A stretch of DNA of 64,000 nt from Methanocaldococcus sp. 28A (GCA_049852185.1 CP187540.1), one strand, 5' to 3'; positions 13,014 through 24,926 are shown, counted from the stretch's first letter. Notes: generated from the letters alone by a model not told the origin. Numbers and translations: made by a program.

Positions 13014-14024
13014 ATGATTACTGAAGCCTTAAAAAAGGTTATTGAATTTAAAGATTTAAATGAAAAGGAAGCAGAAATAGTTATGAAAGAAATTATGAGT
13101 GGAAATGCAAAGCCTACACAGATAGCTGCTATATTAACAGCTTTAAGGATGAAAGGAGAGAGTATTGAAGAAATTACATCCTTTGCAAAAATTATGAGAG
13201 AATTTTCATTAAAAATATATCCTGATGTTCCTAAGTTGTTAGATACTTGTGGAACTGGAGGGGATAATTTAAACACATTCAATATAAGCACTACCACAGC
13301 TTTTGTAGTCTCTGCCTATGTTCCGGTAGCAAAACATGGAAATAAGGTTGTTAGCAGTAAAAGTGGTAGTGCAGATGTTTTAGAAGCATTGGGAGTTAAT
13401 TTAAATGTTCCTATAGAGAGAGTTAAGGAGTCAATAGAGAAAATAGGTATTGGATTTTTGTTCGCTCCTAATTTCCATCCAGCAATGAGGTATGCTACAC
13501 CAGTAAGGAGAGAGTTAGGAATTAGAACTGTCTTTAATGTTTTAGGACCTTTAACAAATCCTGCTAATGCAAATTATCAGTTAATGGGAGTGTATGATGA
13601 AAAATTAACAGAAAAATTGGCTTATGTTTTAAAGAATCTTGGTTTAAAAGGGGCTTTAGTTGTGCATGGCAGTGGAATGGATGAAATAACAACAATTGGA
13701 AAAACAAAGATATCTGAGCTGAAAAATGGAGAAGTAAAGAGCTATTACATTGAACCAGAAGATTTTGGTATTAAGAAAGCCAAATTAGAAGATATTAAAG
13801 GAGGAAATGCTGAAGAAAATGCTAAAATAATTAGGGCAATATTTGAAGGAGAAGAAGTAGGGGCAAAGAGGGATATTGTAGTTTTAAATGCTGCCTATGC
13901 TTTATATATTGCTGAAGAGGCTGAAAATGTTGAGGAAGGCATAAAATTAGCTGAAAAATCAATTGATAGTGGAAAGGCTTTAAATAAATTAGAGGAATTG
14001 ATTGAATTCTATAGAGAGGGATAA
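13014..14024 (+). CDS. trpD: Anthranilate phosphoribosyltransferase
   Basis: [20 protein letters not shown]; start moved to the ATG after GGTGAT (13005-13010) because the ORF-track start lies within repeat R2. Confidence 0.95.
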   Translation: MITEALKKVIEFKDLNEKEAEIVMKEIMSGNAKPTQIAAILTALRMKGESIEEITSFAKIMREFSLKIYPDVPKLLDTCGTGGDNLNTFNISTTTAFVVSAYVPVAKHGNKVVSSKSGSADVLEALGVNLNVPIERVKESIEKIGIGFLFAPNFHPAMRYATPVRRELGIRTVFNVLGPLTNPANANYQLMGVYDEKLTEKLAYVLKNLGLKGALVVHGSGMDEITTIGKTKISELKNGEVKSYYIEPEDFGIKKAKLEDIKGGNAEENAKIIRAIFEGEEVGAKRDIVVLNAAYALYIAEEAENVEEGIKLAEKSIDSGKALNKLEELIEFYREG

Positions 14025-14026
14025 TT

Positions 14027-14275
14027 ATGGAAAAATTAATCATTAAATCCATGAAAAAAGTATTTTTAGAAGAGTTAAATGAACTTGAAAATGAGTTAAA
14101 TGAAATATTAAAAAAATATAATGTTAAAAGTATAAATGAGCTTAGAAATAAAATTTCTACTGGTGAAATTAAAGAAAACAAGATTAAAGAAGATTTAGAG
14201 AGAATTGAGGTTTTAGAAGAAAATATAAATAAAATTATGAAGTGTTTAAGAGAGATAAATGTTAAATCTTTGTAA
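14027..14275 (+). CDS. Small coiled-coil hypothetical protein
   Basis: 82 aa ORF tightly coupled to trpD and thiD. Confidence 0.65.
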   Translation: MEKLIIKSMKKVFLEELNELENELNEILKKYNVKSINELRNKISTGEIKENKIKEDLERIEVLEENINKIMKCLREINVKSL

Positions 14276-15542
14276 CTTGGTGATTTTAATGATTATTTTA
14301 GCTATTGGTGGTTACGACCCTACTGGAGGTGCAGGAATATCTGCAGATATAAAAACTTCTCATGAATTAGGAGTGTATTGTCCAACAATAACTACATCTA
14401 TAATCCCTCAAAATAACAAAATGGTTTATGAGAAATTTGATTTGCCAGAAAAGAATATAGAAAAGCAGTTTAAGGCAATTTTTGATGAGTTTGATGTAGA
14501 ATATGTTAAGACTGGTGTTTTAACACAGCCAGCCATTGATGTTTTGCTAAAATATATTGATAAATACAATTTAAAAGTTATATGCGACCCAGTTCTTGCA
14601 TCTACAACAAAGTTTTCCTTTGTTGATGAGGAATTAATGAAAAAATATGTTAAGCTTTTCAATAAAAGCTTTTTAATTACGCCAAATAGAGAAGAATATA
14701 AAAAAATAGTAGATTTTGTAAAAAATAACAATCTAAAAATTAAAGATGATTTATATATCTTAATTACTGGCATTGATGATATTTTAAAAACTGGCTCTGA
14801 AACTGTAAATACATTTAAAGGACATAAGGTTGAGAGAGAAGTCCATGGAACAGGATGTGTTTATTCAACAGCTATAACTGCATTTTTATCTAAAGGTTAT
14901 GTTTTAGAGGATGCTATTAGAGAGGCAAAAAGATTTGTTTTATCCTCTATTATATATGCTAAAAAAACAAAGTTTGGCTATAACTCTAACCCAACATATA
15001 TTAATAGAGAAAAGGTTATAAAAAACCTTAGCTATGCTATATATTTATTAAAAAAGATGGACTTTACATTAATTCCAGAAGTAGGAAGTAATATAGCTGA
15101 ATCATTACCATTTCCGAGAGATTTTAATGATGTTGCTGCATTAACAGGAAGAATAATAAAAAATAAGCTCGGAGGGTTTTATATCGTCGGAGATATAGAG
15201 TTTGGAGCATCTGAACATATAGCAAAGATAATATTATCAGCAAATAAGTTTAATCCAGAAATAAGGGCTTGTATGAACATAAAATATGATGATGAACTAA
15301 TAAAAATGCTAAAAGATAAATTTACTATTTCTTCATTTGATAGGAAAGAGGAGCCACCAAATGTCTCAACTATGGAATGGGGAACAAAATTTGCCTGTGA
15401 AAAATTTGGTAGAGTTCCAGACATTATTTACGATAGAGGAGGCGAAGGAAAAGAGCCTATGATTAGAGTTTTAGGTAGAGATACAATAGAGGTTATTAAA
15501 AAAGTTGAAGTTATTTTAAGGATATATAACTCTATAAAATAA
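14259..15542 (+). CDS. thiD: Bifunctional HMP(-P) kinase / thiamine-phosphate synthase (ThiD-ThiN)
   Basis: DPTGGAGISAD, HGTGC, IPEVGSN, FGASEH, GKEPM. Confidence 0.92.
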   Translation: MLNLCNLVILMIILAIGGYDPTGGAGISADIKTSHELGVYCPTITTSIIPQNNKMVYEKFDLPEKNIEKQFKAIFDEFDVEYVKTGVLTQPAIDVLLKYIDKYNLKVICDPVLASTTKFSFVDEELMKKYVKLFNKSFLITPNREEYKKIVDFVKNNNLKIKDDLYILITGIDDILKTGSETVNTFKGHKVEREVHGTGCVYSTAITAFLSKGYVLEDAIREAKRFVLSSIIYAKKTKFGYNSNPTYINREKVIKNLSYAIYLLKKMDFTLIPEVGSNIAESLPFPRDFNDVAALTGRIIKNKLGGFYIVGDIEFGASEHIAKIILSANKFNPEIRACMNIKYDDELIKMLKDKFTISSFDRKEEPPNVSTMEWGTKFACEKFGRVPDIIYDRGGEGKEPMIRVLGRDTIEVIKKVEVILRIYNSIK

Positions 15543-15597
15543 AGTAAATAAAAGCCTTACTAAAATAAGAGCTTTACATCTAATATTAATGAAAAAA

Positions 15598-15674
15598 TGG
15601 TGGACTGGGCGGGATTTGAACCCGCGGCCTCCGCACAGCCAATGCGGCGCTCTCCCAGTCTGAGCTACCAGCCC
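15598..15674 (-). tRNA. tRNA-Ala(GGC)
   Basis: GGGCTGGTAGCTCAG...CCGCA-TTGGCTG-TGCGG...GTTCAAATC...CCAGTCCACCA; encoded CCA; TATA upstream. Confidence 0.95.
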
Positions 15675-15760
15675 ACAAAATAGCAGTGTCTTTATATTAC
15701 ATTGATTATATATAAACTTTTCTATCATATATTTAAATTAATAAATTGGAAAGAAATTAT

Positions 15761-15955
15761 AATTGTGTGCAAAATAAGATAAACTTTTATAATGGTAATT
15801 TAAATGCCATCCTTATGGAGTATTATTTACTAATTTTATTTAAGACAGTTTTACACACAACTATATTATAGGACTTTCGCAGGAATAAATATTTTTTGGA
15901 CATGGACACCTTAAAGGTGTCTAAATTCCAAATTAATATATAAAGAAAGTCCTAT
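15761..15955. repeat. Adjacent MITE-like repeats R2 (15761-15865) and R1 (15868-15955)
   Basis: TTGTGTGCAAAA...TTTTACACACAACTATA then TAGGACTTTCGCAGG...AAAGTCCTAT. Confidence 0.65.
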
Positions 15956-16010
15956 AATATGGAGGTAATTTCATGAATTATAACTGCGAAATAATTTCAG
16001 GATACCACAA
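15956..16010. mobile_element. Isolated end of the IS481-like element
   Basis: Reverse complement nearly identical to 59708-59762 (TTGTGGTATCCTGAAATTATTTCG...CCTCCATATT). Confidence 0.7.
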
Positions 16011-16012
16011 TA

Positions 16013-16504
16013 TTGAAAATGGTTATATTAATTATGATTGGGATAATCATGAACAAAGAGAGTAAAATAACCTTAATTGGTAGCAAATTAGCAAAGACCG
16101 GAGGAGAATTTATATACTTAGGCGAGATTGAAGAATGTAACAACTGCAAGTTTAAAAGATTATGTCATGGAAATTTGGAAGTTGGAAGAAAATATAAAAT
16201 AATTTCAGTTAGGTCAGCAAATCATCCTTGTATAGTTCATGAGGGAGGAGTCAAAGTAGTTGAGGTAATTTTAGCTGATTTAACAATTATGATTGAGGCA
16301 AAAAAGGCTCTTGAAGGAGTTAATATAAACTATGAACCAATAACTTGTGAGAATTTTAATTGTGAATATTACAACTTTTGTAATCCTGAAGGCATAAAAG
16401 CAGGAGAAAAATACAAAATAAAACAGATTTTAAATGAAAAAATAAACTGTCCAAAGGGAAAATCATTAAAAAAAGTTGTAGTTGAGCTTGTTGAAGATAA
16501 ATAA
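16013..16504 (+). CDS. UPF0179-family Cys-rich protein (start probably internal)
   Basis: [10 protein letters not shown], CxxC..C, HPCIVH pattern. Confidence 0.8.
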   Translation: MKMVILIMIGIIMNKESKITLIGSKLAKTGGEFIYLGEIEECNNCKFKRLCHGNLEVGRKYKIISVRSANHPCIVHEGGVKVVEVILADLTIMIEAKKALEGVNINYEPITCENFNCEYYNFCNPEGIKAGEKYKIKQILNEKINCPKGKSLKKVVVELVEDK

Positions 16505-16648
16505 CTACTATTTTATAGTATTTTTATTTAGGTTTGGTTGTTATATATAATATATTGTAGTTATTATGGAGTTGAAATCCCATCTACTCTCTTAAAGAAA
16601 CTCCGCCCTAAAGGGCGGAAAGCCGCCATATATAGTGCGAAAGTCTTA

Positions 16649-18850
16649 TTAAAGTTCTCCCATTATCTTTGGAAATGCGTCATAATATCTCTTTTTAATT
16701 TCATTTACATTCAAATCAATAATGTTCTTTTCGTTAATCTTTATTTTCAATCTATTTCCTCCAACTTTTCCAATTACATAGGCAGAACTTAGCTTGTTAA
16801 GAACTTTATCTTTATTTTTTTCCCTAACAGCTAAAATTATTCTTCCAGTGGTTTCTGAGAACAACAATACATCCTCTCTTAAATTGTTTTTATTATAGGA
16901 GGTTAAATCAACTTCTAAACCAATATTATTTAATATAGCCATTTTAGCCAAAGCTACAGCTAAACCTCCTCTTGAGCAATCCACAGCTTCAGTAACTAAT
17001 CCTTTTTTTATAACCTCTCTAACTTCAGCATAAATTTTCTTTTCCTTCTCTAAATCAACTCTTGGGACTTTTCCTTCTTCAGTATTGTGTATAACTTTGT
17101 AATACTCACTACCTCCCATCTCATCTTTTGTTTCATTTGTAATTATTAATATATCTCCTTCTTTAATATTGTTATCTAAAACTCCTGGAACTTTTTCAAC
17201 ATTCTCTACTTTACCTAAAACAAATATTGCTGGAGTTGGGTTTATTGGAAACTCTTTTCCTTCAATAATTGTTTCATTGTATAAACTTACATTTCCTCCA
17301 ACAACTGGAATTTCAAAAAATTCAGCAGCATCTGCTAAACCTCTTATACACTCAGCTAACTGCCAAAATCTCTCTGGTCTTTCAGGATTTCCAAAGTTTA
17401 AATTATCAAGCATGGCTATTGGTTCAGCTCCAACTGTTGCTAAATTTCTCACAGCTTCAGCAACGGCATTTACAGCCCCTACATAAGGGTTTAGTTTGCA
17501 GTATCTTGAATTACAGTCTGTTGTTAAAGCAATCCCCATAGGATAAATTTCATTTATTCTTAAAACAGCGGCATCTTTTCCTGGCTTTACAACAGTTCTT
17601 ATTTGAACTTCATGGTCATACTGTTGATAAATCCATTCTTTTGAGCAAATATTTGGACTTTCAAGCAATATTAATAACACTTCATTTAAATCTTCAGGCA
17701 TTTTTATTTTTTCTTTATCATCATCTCTTTCTTTTAAATCTTCTTTAGCTTCTCTATTATATAAAGGAGCTTCACATAACAAATCTAATGGTAAATCAAC
17801 AACAACTTCTCCTTTGTATTTGGCAATAATTCTCTTTTCTGGAATTGTTTTTCCAATAACTGATGCAGGTAGTTCATACTTTTTAAATATTTCAATTATT
17901 TCTTCTTCACTTCCTGGTTCAACAGCTAACAACATCCTTTCCTGACTTTCGGAGACCATAATTTCGTATGGGGTTAGTGGCTCCCTTAATACAACATTTT
18001 CTAAGTAAAGCTCACATCCTATTCCTCCACCGTAACACATCTCAGATGAAGCCCCTGAAAGACCTGCAGCACCCAAATCTTTCATTGCTTTAACTTTTCC
18101 TGTTTTTGTAGCTTCTAAGATAGCATCAATTAAACATTTTTCAGAAAATGCATCTCCAACCTGAACACTTGGTCTCTCTTCTTCACTTTCTTCAGTTAAA
18201 TCCTTTGATGCAAATGAAGCTCCCCCTATTCCATCCCTTCCAGTTGAGCCAACCAATATTAAAGATAAACCTGGCTCTTTAGCTTTCCCTGTAATAATTT
18301 CATTCTCCTTAACTAAACCAACACACACAACATTTACTAAGTTATTGTAATCAAAAGAGCTATCAAATTCACATTCCCCACCAACTGTTGGAACACCTAT
18401 CCTGTTTCCATAATCTCCAATACCTTTAACTACTCCTTCAATTAACCATCTAACTTTATCTCCTTCCTTTCCAAATATATCTCCAAACCTCAAAGGGTCT
18501 AATAAAGCTATTGGCTTAGCTCCCATTGATAGAACATCTCTAACAATTCCTCCAACTCCTGTAGCAGCTCCATTGTATGGGTCTATGTATGATGGATGAT
18601 TATGGCTTTCCATAGCTATTGCTAAGCAGATATCATCTTTCAATCTAATTACAGCAGCATCATCTCCAATTCCTATAACAATGTTTTTGTTTGTTTTTTC
18701 ATTTATAGTTTTAGCAAACATCCTTAAGAGTTTTTTTGATGTTCTGTAAGCACAGTGCTCACTCCATAAGTTTTCAAACATTGCTAACTCTACGTGATTT
18801 GGTTTTCTTCCTAAAACTTTTTCTATATACTTTAAATCATTCTCATCCAT
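16649..18850 (-). CDS. purL: Phosphoribosylformylglycinamidine synthase subunit PurL
   Basis: [34 protein letters not shown]. Confidence 0.97.
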   Translation of the reverse strand: MDENDLKYIEKVLGRKPNHVELAMFENLWSEHCAYRTSKKLLRMFAKTINEKTNKNIVIGIGDDAAVIRLKDDICLAIAMESHNHPSYIDPYNGAATGVGGIVRDVLSMGAKPIALLDPLRFGDIFGKEGDKVRWLIEGVVKGIGDYGNRIGVPTVGGECEFDSSFDYNNLVNVVCVGLVKENEIITGKAKEPGLSLILVGSTGRDGIGGASFASKDLTEESEEERPSVQVGDAFSEKCLIDAILEATKTGKVKAMKDLGAAGLSGASSEMCYGGGIGCELYLENVVLREPLTPYEIMVSESQERMLLAVEPGSEEEIIEIFKKYELPASVIGKTIPEKRIIAKYKGEVVVDLPLDLLCEAPLYNREAKEDLKERDDDKEKIKMPEDLNEVLLILLESPNICSKEWIYQQYDHEVQIRTVVKPGKDAAVLRINEIYPMGIALTTDCNSRYCKLNPYVGAVNAVAEAVRNLATVGAEPIAMLDNLNFGNPERPERFWQLAECIRGLADAAEFFEIPVVGGNVSLYNETIIEGKEFPINPTPAIFVLGKVENVEKVPGVLDNNIKEGDILIITNETKDEMGGSEYYKVIHNTEEGKVPRVDLEKEKKIYAEVREVIKKGLVTEAVDCSRGGLAVALAKMAILNNIGLEVDLTSYNKNNLREDVLLFSETTGRIILAVREKNKDKVLNKLSSAYVIGKVGGNRLKIKINEKNIIDLNVNEIKKRYYDAFPKIMGEL

Positions 18851-18919
18851 AATTACACCTAATTATTTATATTGAGTTTATATACAAAAAATGAAAAATT
18901 TACTATTAAACTTTTATGC

Positions 18920-19372
18920 TCATTCACTGAATATTTCATCCTCTTTAAAAAATAGTTTTATCTCTCGTTCAGCACTTTCCTTTGAGTCAGAAGCATGAAT
19001 CACATTGTCTGGAGTTGTTAAAGCAAAATCTCCTCTTATAGTTCCTGGTTCTGCCTCAGCAGGGTTTGTTTTTCCTATCATTTTCCTCACAACAGATATT
19101 GCATTTTCCCCCTCAATAACCATAACTACCATTCTTCCAGAGGTCATAAAGTTTATTAATCTTTCATAGAACTCTTTTCCTTTGTGTTCTTCATAATATT
19201 TCTCTGCCATTTCTCTGTCTAATTTAACCATCTTCATAGCTATAATTTCTAATCCTTTATTTTCAAATCTTTCGATGATTTTTCCAATTAATTTTCTTTT
19301 TATGGCATCGGGTTTTAAAGCTACAAAGGTTCTTTCTTTCATAACTATCCCATAATTAATTTTTAAATCCAA
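18920..19372 (-). CDS. ndk: Nucleoside diphosphate kinase (start probably at MKERTF)
   Basis: KPDA, PGTIRGDF, NVIHASDS. Confidence 0.97.
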   Translation of the reverse strand: MDLKINYGIVMKERTFVALKPDAIKRKLIGKIIERFENKGLEIIAMKMVKLDREMAEKYYEEHKGKEFYERLINFMTSGRMVVMVIEGENAISVVRKMIGKTNPAEAEPGTIRGDFALTTPDNVIHASDSKESAEREIKLFFKEDEIFSE

Positions 19373-19381
19373 ATAAATATA

Positions 19382-20412
19382 CAGTATCTCCGAACATCAT
19401 AAAATCGAATAGTTATTAAAAAAATAGGGGATGAGAATGAACGACATAAGATTGTTAGCTATAAAATCATTTAACGAATTCATAAACAATGTTCTTCAAA
19501 TTTGTCCAAGGATTTATCGAGTTGAAGATTATACAAGAGAATTTATAGAGGCGATGTCGAACAATACCTATTTAGAGACCATTAGCAAGCTAAATTATCC
19601 ATCGGCAGACTCTTACTATCGATATATAAATAAGGCAGATAGTTCTATGTTTAAAGAAGTTTATAAATCTTTTGTTAAAAATATACTCAATGATTTAAAA
19701 AAACTATAAAAAATTTTACCTATCGATAGATACGCATTTTGAGGGCTATTATGAAAAAAGATTGGATTTAAATGCGATTCACAAATTTAGAAAAGAAAGG
19801 AGGATTCCTTGCTTAACCATGTAAGAGAGATTTTACACTTTGCTTAACGATTTAAAAATAAATACATACGATATTATCGTCCTAACCGATAAAGAGTTTA
19901 AAGACATCAAAATAATAAAAATCTTTGAACTATATGGGTGTAAGTACATAAGTTTTATTCCGAAAAATAGTAATGTTAAATACTATCTTGAGAATACGAA
20001 AAAGGAAAAAATTGGAAGTTCGATTACTTTATTGACCAAAAAACTATAGTTGTTGTAGAGGAATAAATAACCACAAACTTAACTAATATCGACTTTGAAA
20101 ATCAAGAATCTTATATAAAAATGTATAAAAAAACGATGGAATATTGAAACACGATTTAGAATGCTTAAAGATGTATCTATTAAAACGAAATCAACATCTT
20201 TAAAAGTTAGGTCGTTCCTTTTTATGCTTAAATGCGTTATTCATAACTTATGGATTAAAATTCGTAATAAAAAAGTTCGTAATAAAAAAGAATGTATTTC
20301 TTTAAAATTCTTCATCGTCGATATATATAAGTTGTTAGAGGAGTTCGATTATTCAATTATGGTTATGCGTAATACTCGGTTGTATGTGTCTAATGTATAT
20401 TCGTAGATACTG
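19382..20412 (+). mobile_element. Degenerate DDE IS (ISH3/IS4-like) with fragmented transposase
   Basis: TIRs CAGTATCTCCGAA / TTCGTAGATACTG, TATA on both flanks; ORF fragments with LTDKEF and RWNIET motifs in shifted frames. Confidence 0.8.
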
Positions 20413-20439
20413 TATAAAAAATTTATTTCTACGAAAGTT

Positions 20440-21134
20440 GAGGTTGTCAAGATAAGGATTAAATAAATATGTGTAAATAAAGGAAGATATGAAACTTACG
20501 ATAGAAACGTTAAAAGAAAGGATTAAGAAGATAGTTAAGAGGAATAAGAAGTCGATAGAGATTAAAATCTTAGCAGGAATTTTGTATTATCTGGGATTAT
20601 CGTTAAGAAAGGTTAGTTTGTTTCTTTCACGGTTTGAGAGCATAAGCCATGAATCGGTTAGAATATATTACCACAAGATTAAAGATATTTTAAACGAGCC
20701 TGAAAGAAAGACAAGAAACCTAATTGCAATCGATGAAACTAAACTAAAGCTTGGAAATGAAACTATTTATGTATGGTCTGCTATCGATGTGGAGTCTAAA
20801 GAATGTTTGGGTATCTATGTCTCTAAAACAAGATGTTATCTCGATACTATGTTATTCGTAAGAAGGATATTAAAATTTTGCTCGAATAAACCAAAAATTT
20901 TGGTTGATGGTGGTAAATGGTATCCGTGGGCTCTACAGAGATTAGGCTTAAAATTCGAAAGAGTTCGATTCGGTTTAAGAAATTGTGTCGAAAGTTTCTT
21001 CTCTCTACTCAAACGAAGAACCAAATCTTTCTATAACCGATTCCCTAATAACTCTAAATTCTCATCTGTCATTAGTTGGCTTGAATCTTTCTCCTCTTTC
21101 TATAACTTCTTCCTTTACTTATCTTGACATCGTC
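20440..21134 (+). mobile_element. IS6-family element, apparently intact, with 9-bp TSD
   Basis: TIRs GAGGTTGTCAAGATAAG / CTTATCTTGACATCGTC; ACGAAAGTT duplicated at 20431-20439 and 21135-21143. Confidence 0.9.
20489..21127 (+). CDS. IS6-family DDE transposase
   Basis: [22 protein letters not shown]. Confidence 0.9.
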   Translation: MKLTIETLKERIKKIVKRNKKSIEIKILAGILYYLGLSLRKVSLFLSRFESISHESVRIYYHKIKDILNEPERKTRNLIAIDETKLKLGNETIYVWSAIDVESKECLGIYVSKTRCYLDTMLFVRRILKFCSNKPKILVDGGKWYPWALQRLGLKFERVRFGLRNCVESFFSLLKRRTKSFYNRFPNNSKFSSVISWLESFSSFYNFFLYLS

Positions 21135-21543
21135 ACGAAAGTTCTATATATTTTTCAATAACTTTTGGAGAGACTCTCGTTTGAATACCTAATCTCTCTA
21201 AGATTATATTGTTTAAAATAGCTTTAAGTATTTCTTTTCCTTCTTTTGATTCAGTTATTTCATTTAATTTTCTTGTAGTTGTAGGGGATTTTAGCTTTTT
21301 TAAAACTTCTGCTATCTCTTCTTCTGTAATTCTTCCTTTCTTTTTTTGATATATCTCATCAGCTATTTTATACAACTTATCCATATCAAATGGTAAATAT
21401 TCAGGGATTTTATTTAAAACTGTCTCATCTATAGATGCCAATAATCTTGCTATCTCAATATCTTCAGTATTTTCATCTATTTTCAATTTTTTAACTACAA
21501 ACCATTTTTTATGTTTTGCCATAAACTCAATTTTATCCTCCAC
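21133..21543 (-). CDS. Conserved hypothetical protein (DUF2666-like)
   Basis: 136 aa ORF, GTG start with GGTGAG RBS. Confidence 0.7.
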   Translation of the reverse strand: MEDKIEFMAKHKKWFVVKKLKIDENTEDIEIARLLASIDETVLNKIPEYLPFDMDKLYKIADEIYQKKKGRITEEEIAEVLKKLKSPTTTRKLNEITESKEGKEILKAILNNIILERLGIQTRVSPKVIEKYIELS

Positions 21544-21642
21544 AATCTCACCAAAATAGGCTTTACTTTAAAAATAGGGGAAAAAGAATAATCTAACAAA
21601 ATAATAAAACAAAAATTATAAAATCAAAATATACTTTTTATC

Positions 21643-21891
21643 TTATGCAGTGGCTAATCTCTTCAAAATAGGGTCAGTTACATCTTCTGGGCTTATCTCT
21701 TCTATATTTAATATTTTTATTTTTGTTCTTTTAACTTTGTATCTTCCACCAAATTCAGAGTATAAAATCTCCAAAGCATGCTCTGGCTTTAAAGCTTTGT
21801 ATTCTTTTTTGAAGAGCATTGGTTCTCCTTTTCTTAATATTTTTCCTGTTATTCTGAATATCTTAGCCAAATTACCACCTCCTTTTATCAA
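21643..21891 (-). CDS. rpl18a: 50S ribosomal protein L18Ae/LX (start probably TTG at ~21870)
   Basis: FKKEYKALKPEHALEILYSEFGG; GGAGGTGG RBS before TTG. Confidence 0.85.
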   Translation of the reverse strand: MIKGGGNLAKIFRITGKILRKGEPMLFKKEYKALKPEHALEILYSEFGGRYKVKRTKIKILNIEEISPEDVTDPILKRLATA

Positions 21892-21907
21892 TATTAAAAA
21901 GGATAAC

Positions 21908-22162
21908 TTATTCTTTACAAATCTTATAAATGTTTTGTGCTACACCTATCCATCTTAAGTAAGAGTAGATAGATGCCTTTAATATAGAAATATCTTCAGC
22001 TTTAACATTTATCTTTATTACATTTTTATTTATTTCCATTGTAGCAGAGGATTTTATTTGAGATGTTAAATGTTCTAAAAATATAGATTTATAAATAGTT
22101 TCTGCCTCTTCCTCACTATCGAATTCTAATATCAGTTCAAAAGAATTCATAAAAATCCCCAT
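21908..22162 (-). CDS. pcc1: KEOPS complex subunit Pcc1
   Basis: AEDISILKASIYSYLRW; superoperon position. Confidence 0.8.
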   Translation of the reverse strand: MGIFMNSFELILEFDSEEEAETIYKSIFLEHLTSQIKSSATMEINKNVIKINVKAEDISILKASIYSYLRWIGVAQNIYKICKE

Positions 22163-22167
22163 AACAT

Positions 22168-22677
22168 TTAGAAAAGGCTATCAAATAGTTTAATAGACTT
22201 TACTCTAATTAAAGGACCTATTTTAACTCTTCCTTTATAGAATTGGATAGCAAATAGATATTTTGGGTCTCTCTCCAATCTTAATGTTATATTGCTATCT
22301 TCATCAATATTTAAATATTGGAACAAAAATTCATCGTAAATTTCATAATGTTTTTGGAACTCTTCATTATCTTTAAGCTCTTTGCTAATCTTTATTTTTA
22401 TACCATCATCATTGTATATTTTCTCTCCACAAATCTCTCTCTGTAATTTAACAGAAATGAAGCTTGACAACCTTCTCTCATTTTCAACATCATAAACTAC
22501 TAAAGTTCCAGGGTTAGCTTTAAATTCACCAATTAAAAGAACATGCTTATCTATTTCAAAAATCTCTTTTAATGAAAGCTTTCCTCTTTGAACATAAGGT
22601 AAATTTAGGGTTCTCTCTAAATCTCTGACAAAACTTCTTGTTCTTTGAGAAGGTTTTCTTGAGGTTGTTAAAATCAT
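22168..22677 (-). CDS. Brix-domain ribosome biogenesis protein
   Basis: [19 protein letters not shown] motifs. Confidence 0.88.
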   Translation of the reverse strand: MILTTSRKPSQRTRSFVRDLERTLNLPYVQRGKLSLKEIFEIDKHVLLIGEFKANPGTLVVYDVENERRLSSFISVKLQREICGEKIYNDDGIKIKISKELKDNEEFQKHYEIYDEFLFQYLNIDEDSNITLRLERDPKYLFAIQFYKGRVKIGPLIRVKSIKLFDSLF

Positions 22678-22681
22678 ATAC

Positions 22682-22822
22682 TTACCTCGCCTTTACATGT
22701 TTAACTACTTTTGGTCTAAGTTTAACCAATATTTTATAACTGCAGTAAGGACATCTTGCTCTATTTCCTAACTCTTCAAATTTTATAATTTTTTTACAGT
22801 TTAAACACTTGTATTTAACCAT
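22682..22822 (-). CDS. rpoP: RNA polymerase subunit P (Rpo12), 46 aa, missing from ORF track
   Basis: Hand translation [46 protein letters not shown]; zinc ribbon; downstream of rpl37ae. Confidence 0.93.
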   Translation of the reverse strand: MVKYKCLNCKKIIKFEELGNRARCPYCSYKILVKLRPKVVKHVKAR

Positions 22823-22886
22823 AATTTATCCCCAAATAATTTTGGTCTCTTAAAAGAAAAAAATTAGATATATATGGTTTGATAAA

Positions 22887-23165
22887 TTATTCTTCTTTTC
22901 TCTCAACAATTCTTCTAATTGCTTTCATAACTGCTTTACCAGCCCCAGTCTCTGGAGTATAAGCACCTCCAGCTATCTTAGCTCCACACTTTCCACAAAC
23001 CCATATTGATGTTGAAGCTCTTTTTAATTTTGGAAATCCACAAACAGGACATTTGTATTTTTTCTTTGCTTTAATTTCAACATCTCTAACTCTAACTCTT
23101 ATTTTTAAACCGTATCTTGGACCAAATCTTCCCGCAGGACCTACTTTCTTTGTGTGACTGAACAT
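22887..23165 (-). CDS. rpl37ae: 50S ribosomal protein L37Ae
   Basis: [21 protein letters not shown]. Confidence 0.96.
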   Translation of the reverse strand: MFSHTKKVGPAGRFGPRYGLKIRVRVRDVEIKAKKKYKCPVCGFPKLKRASTSIWVCGKCGAKIAGGAYTPETGAGKAVMKAIRRIVERKEE

Positions 23166-23195
23166 ACACTCTCACCTCATTTTTAATTTCTATAG

Positions 23196-23903
23196 CTATT
23201 CACTATATTTCTTAACAACTTTTGTTTGGACATTTCCTTTGGTTATTTTGTTTAGATGAGCATAGAACTCTGCTTCAATACCACTTGGTATTTCAATTAA
23301 TACAATTAAAGAACCATCTGGTTGCCATTCTTCTTGTTTAACAGCTCCAAATTGATATAAAGCATTATATGCCTTAGAAGCAAATTCTGCAGGAATTTTG
23401 ACAGCAATATCTCTCTTTTCAAATCTAATTGGTAAAAGTTTTTTAAGCTTTTTAACAATTTCAGGAACTTGTTCTTCAGCACTTTTGTAAATGTCAATAT
23501 TAATTCTTAACTCTTCAATTGCCTTTTCAATTCTATGTGGTGGATGTGGAGTATCTGTTTGTGGGTTTATGGTGTTTCTACTAATTATGGTTATAATTTG
23601 TCTTTTCTTTTGTTCTCTAATTTCTTCTCTCTGCTTAGCAGTTAATTGAACTTGACCTTTTAATATAATTTTTTTAGCAATTTCTTTAACATCAGTAGTC
23701 CCAAAAACTTTTAATAAAATATCTTCAGGGGCTTTTTCCCCTTTATTTGCGTCTCTAAACACTACTTCAACAGCTAAAAGCTCATCCATATCTACATTTT
23801 GACCTTCTTTAAGTTTAGCTGCTAAATATGGGTCAACTAAAATTTCAAATTTTTCGCCATGTGAATTATATCTTGCAATTACAGCCTCTTCTAAGGACAC
23901 CAT
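23196..23903 (-). CDS. Ribosome maturation protein SBDS/Sdo1
   Basis: [23 protein letters not shown]. Confidence 0.93.
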   Translation of the reverse strand: MVSLEEAVIARYNSHGEKFEILVDPYLAAKLKEGQNVDMDELLAVEVVFRDANKGEKAPEDILLKVFGTTDVKEIAKKIILKGQVQLTAKQREEIREQKKRQIITIISRNTINPQTDTPHPPHRIEKAIEELRINIDIYKSAEEQVPEIVKKLKKLLPIRFEKRDIAVKIPAEFASKAYNALYQFGAVKQEEWQPDGSLIVLIEIPSGIEAEFYAHLNKITKGNVQTKVVKKYSE

Positions 23904-23959
23904 AATATCCCTCCCTACATTATATAAATGTTTCGGATTATCAATTTAAATATTTTCTC

Positions 23960-24120
23960 TTTTTTCATTTAAGCCCAAATATAATGTATAGTACTGCAGT
24001 ATAATTGTCATCTTTCCAATATAGTTTGGGGAGTAATGTCTCCATAACCTATTGTTTATTTTTGGATTTGCTCCATTCTCAGCCAACCCTATAAAACGTG
24101 ACAATATGAAACTAAATATT
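23960..24120 (-). pseudogene. Potassium channel (MVP/KcsA-like) remnant
   Basis: FSFILSRFIGLAENGANPKINN, then frameshifted TIGYGDITPQT (filter at 24038-24055); pore helix missing. Confidence 0.75.
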
Positions 24121-24307
24121 TAAATTATTGTTATAAAGTTAAGAGTTTCAGAATATATCAAATAATATAGTTTTAATTAACCCTAAACTGACAAATGCTG
24201 ATGCTGTTGTTGATTGTAATGAATAAAAATGGTTTTAGAAAAATATTTTAATATGGAAAAATATAATACACTAAGAATAATGTAATTATAATTTTAATTT
24301 TATGTAG

Positions 24308-24910
24308 GTGGAGATAATGGAACTTGAAGAAGATCTAAGGAGGACTGTAGAATTTCATGGACATCTTTGTGTTGGGTTGGCTTTAGGTTATAGAGTAGCA
24401 AAATATGTTAAAAAATATTATAAAAGGTCTGAAGATGAAGAACTAGTAGCAATAGTATATAATAACTCATGTAGTGTGGATGCTATTCAGTATTTGTTAG
24501 GTTGTACATTTGGTAAAGGGAATTTAATATTTAAAGATTATGGTAAGCATGTATATATCTTTTTTTCAAGAGAAAATGAAAATAAAAAAGGATTAAAAAT
24601 AACTTTTAAAGATTTTTTATTTGAAGAAATAAATGAAACAAGAGATTTATTAAAAGATATTGAAAACCCTGAAGAAAAGAAAAAATATATTGAAGATTTA
24701 AAAAATAAATGTATAGAGAAAATTCTAAGTCTATCAGATGAGGATCTTTTAATTATAAAAGAAGTAGAAATTCCTGAACCTAAAAAAGCTAAAATTTATC
24801 CATCAATTAAATGTGAAGAGTGTGGAGAGTATTTTATGGAAATTAAAGGAAGACTGATTAATGGAAAAATAGTTTGTATAGAATGTTTTAAAAAATTAAT
24901 AGAAAAATAA
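24308..24910 (+). CDS. FmdE-family protein with C-terminal zinc finger
   Basis: FHGHLC, CSVDAIQ, CTFGKGNL, CEECGE...CIEC. Confidence 0.9.
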   Translation: MEIMELEEDLRRTVEFHGHLCVGLALGYRVAKYVKKYYKRSEDEELVAIVYNNSCSVDAIQYLLGCTFGKGNLIFKDYGKHVYIFFSRENENKKGLKITFKDFLFEEINETRDLLKDIENPEEKKKYIEDLKNKCIEKILSLSDEDLLIIKEVEIPEPKKAKIYPSIKCEECGEYFMEIKGRLINGKIVCIECFKKLIEK

Positions 24911-24926
24911 AAAATAAAAAAGATTC

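Noticed and set aside
15516-15728. 70 aa ORF
   Set aside because: Overlaps tRNA-Ala; spurious
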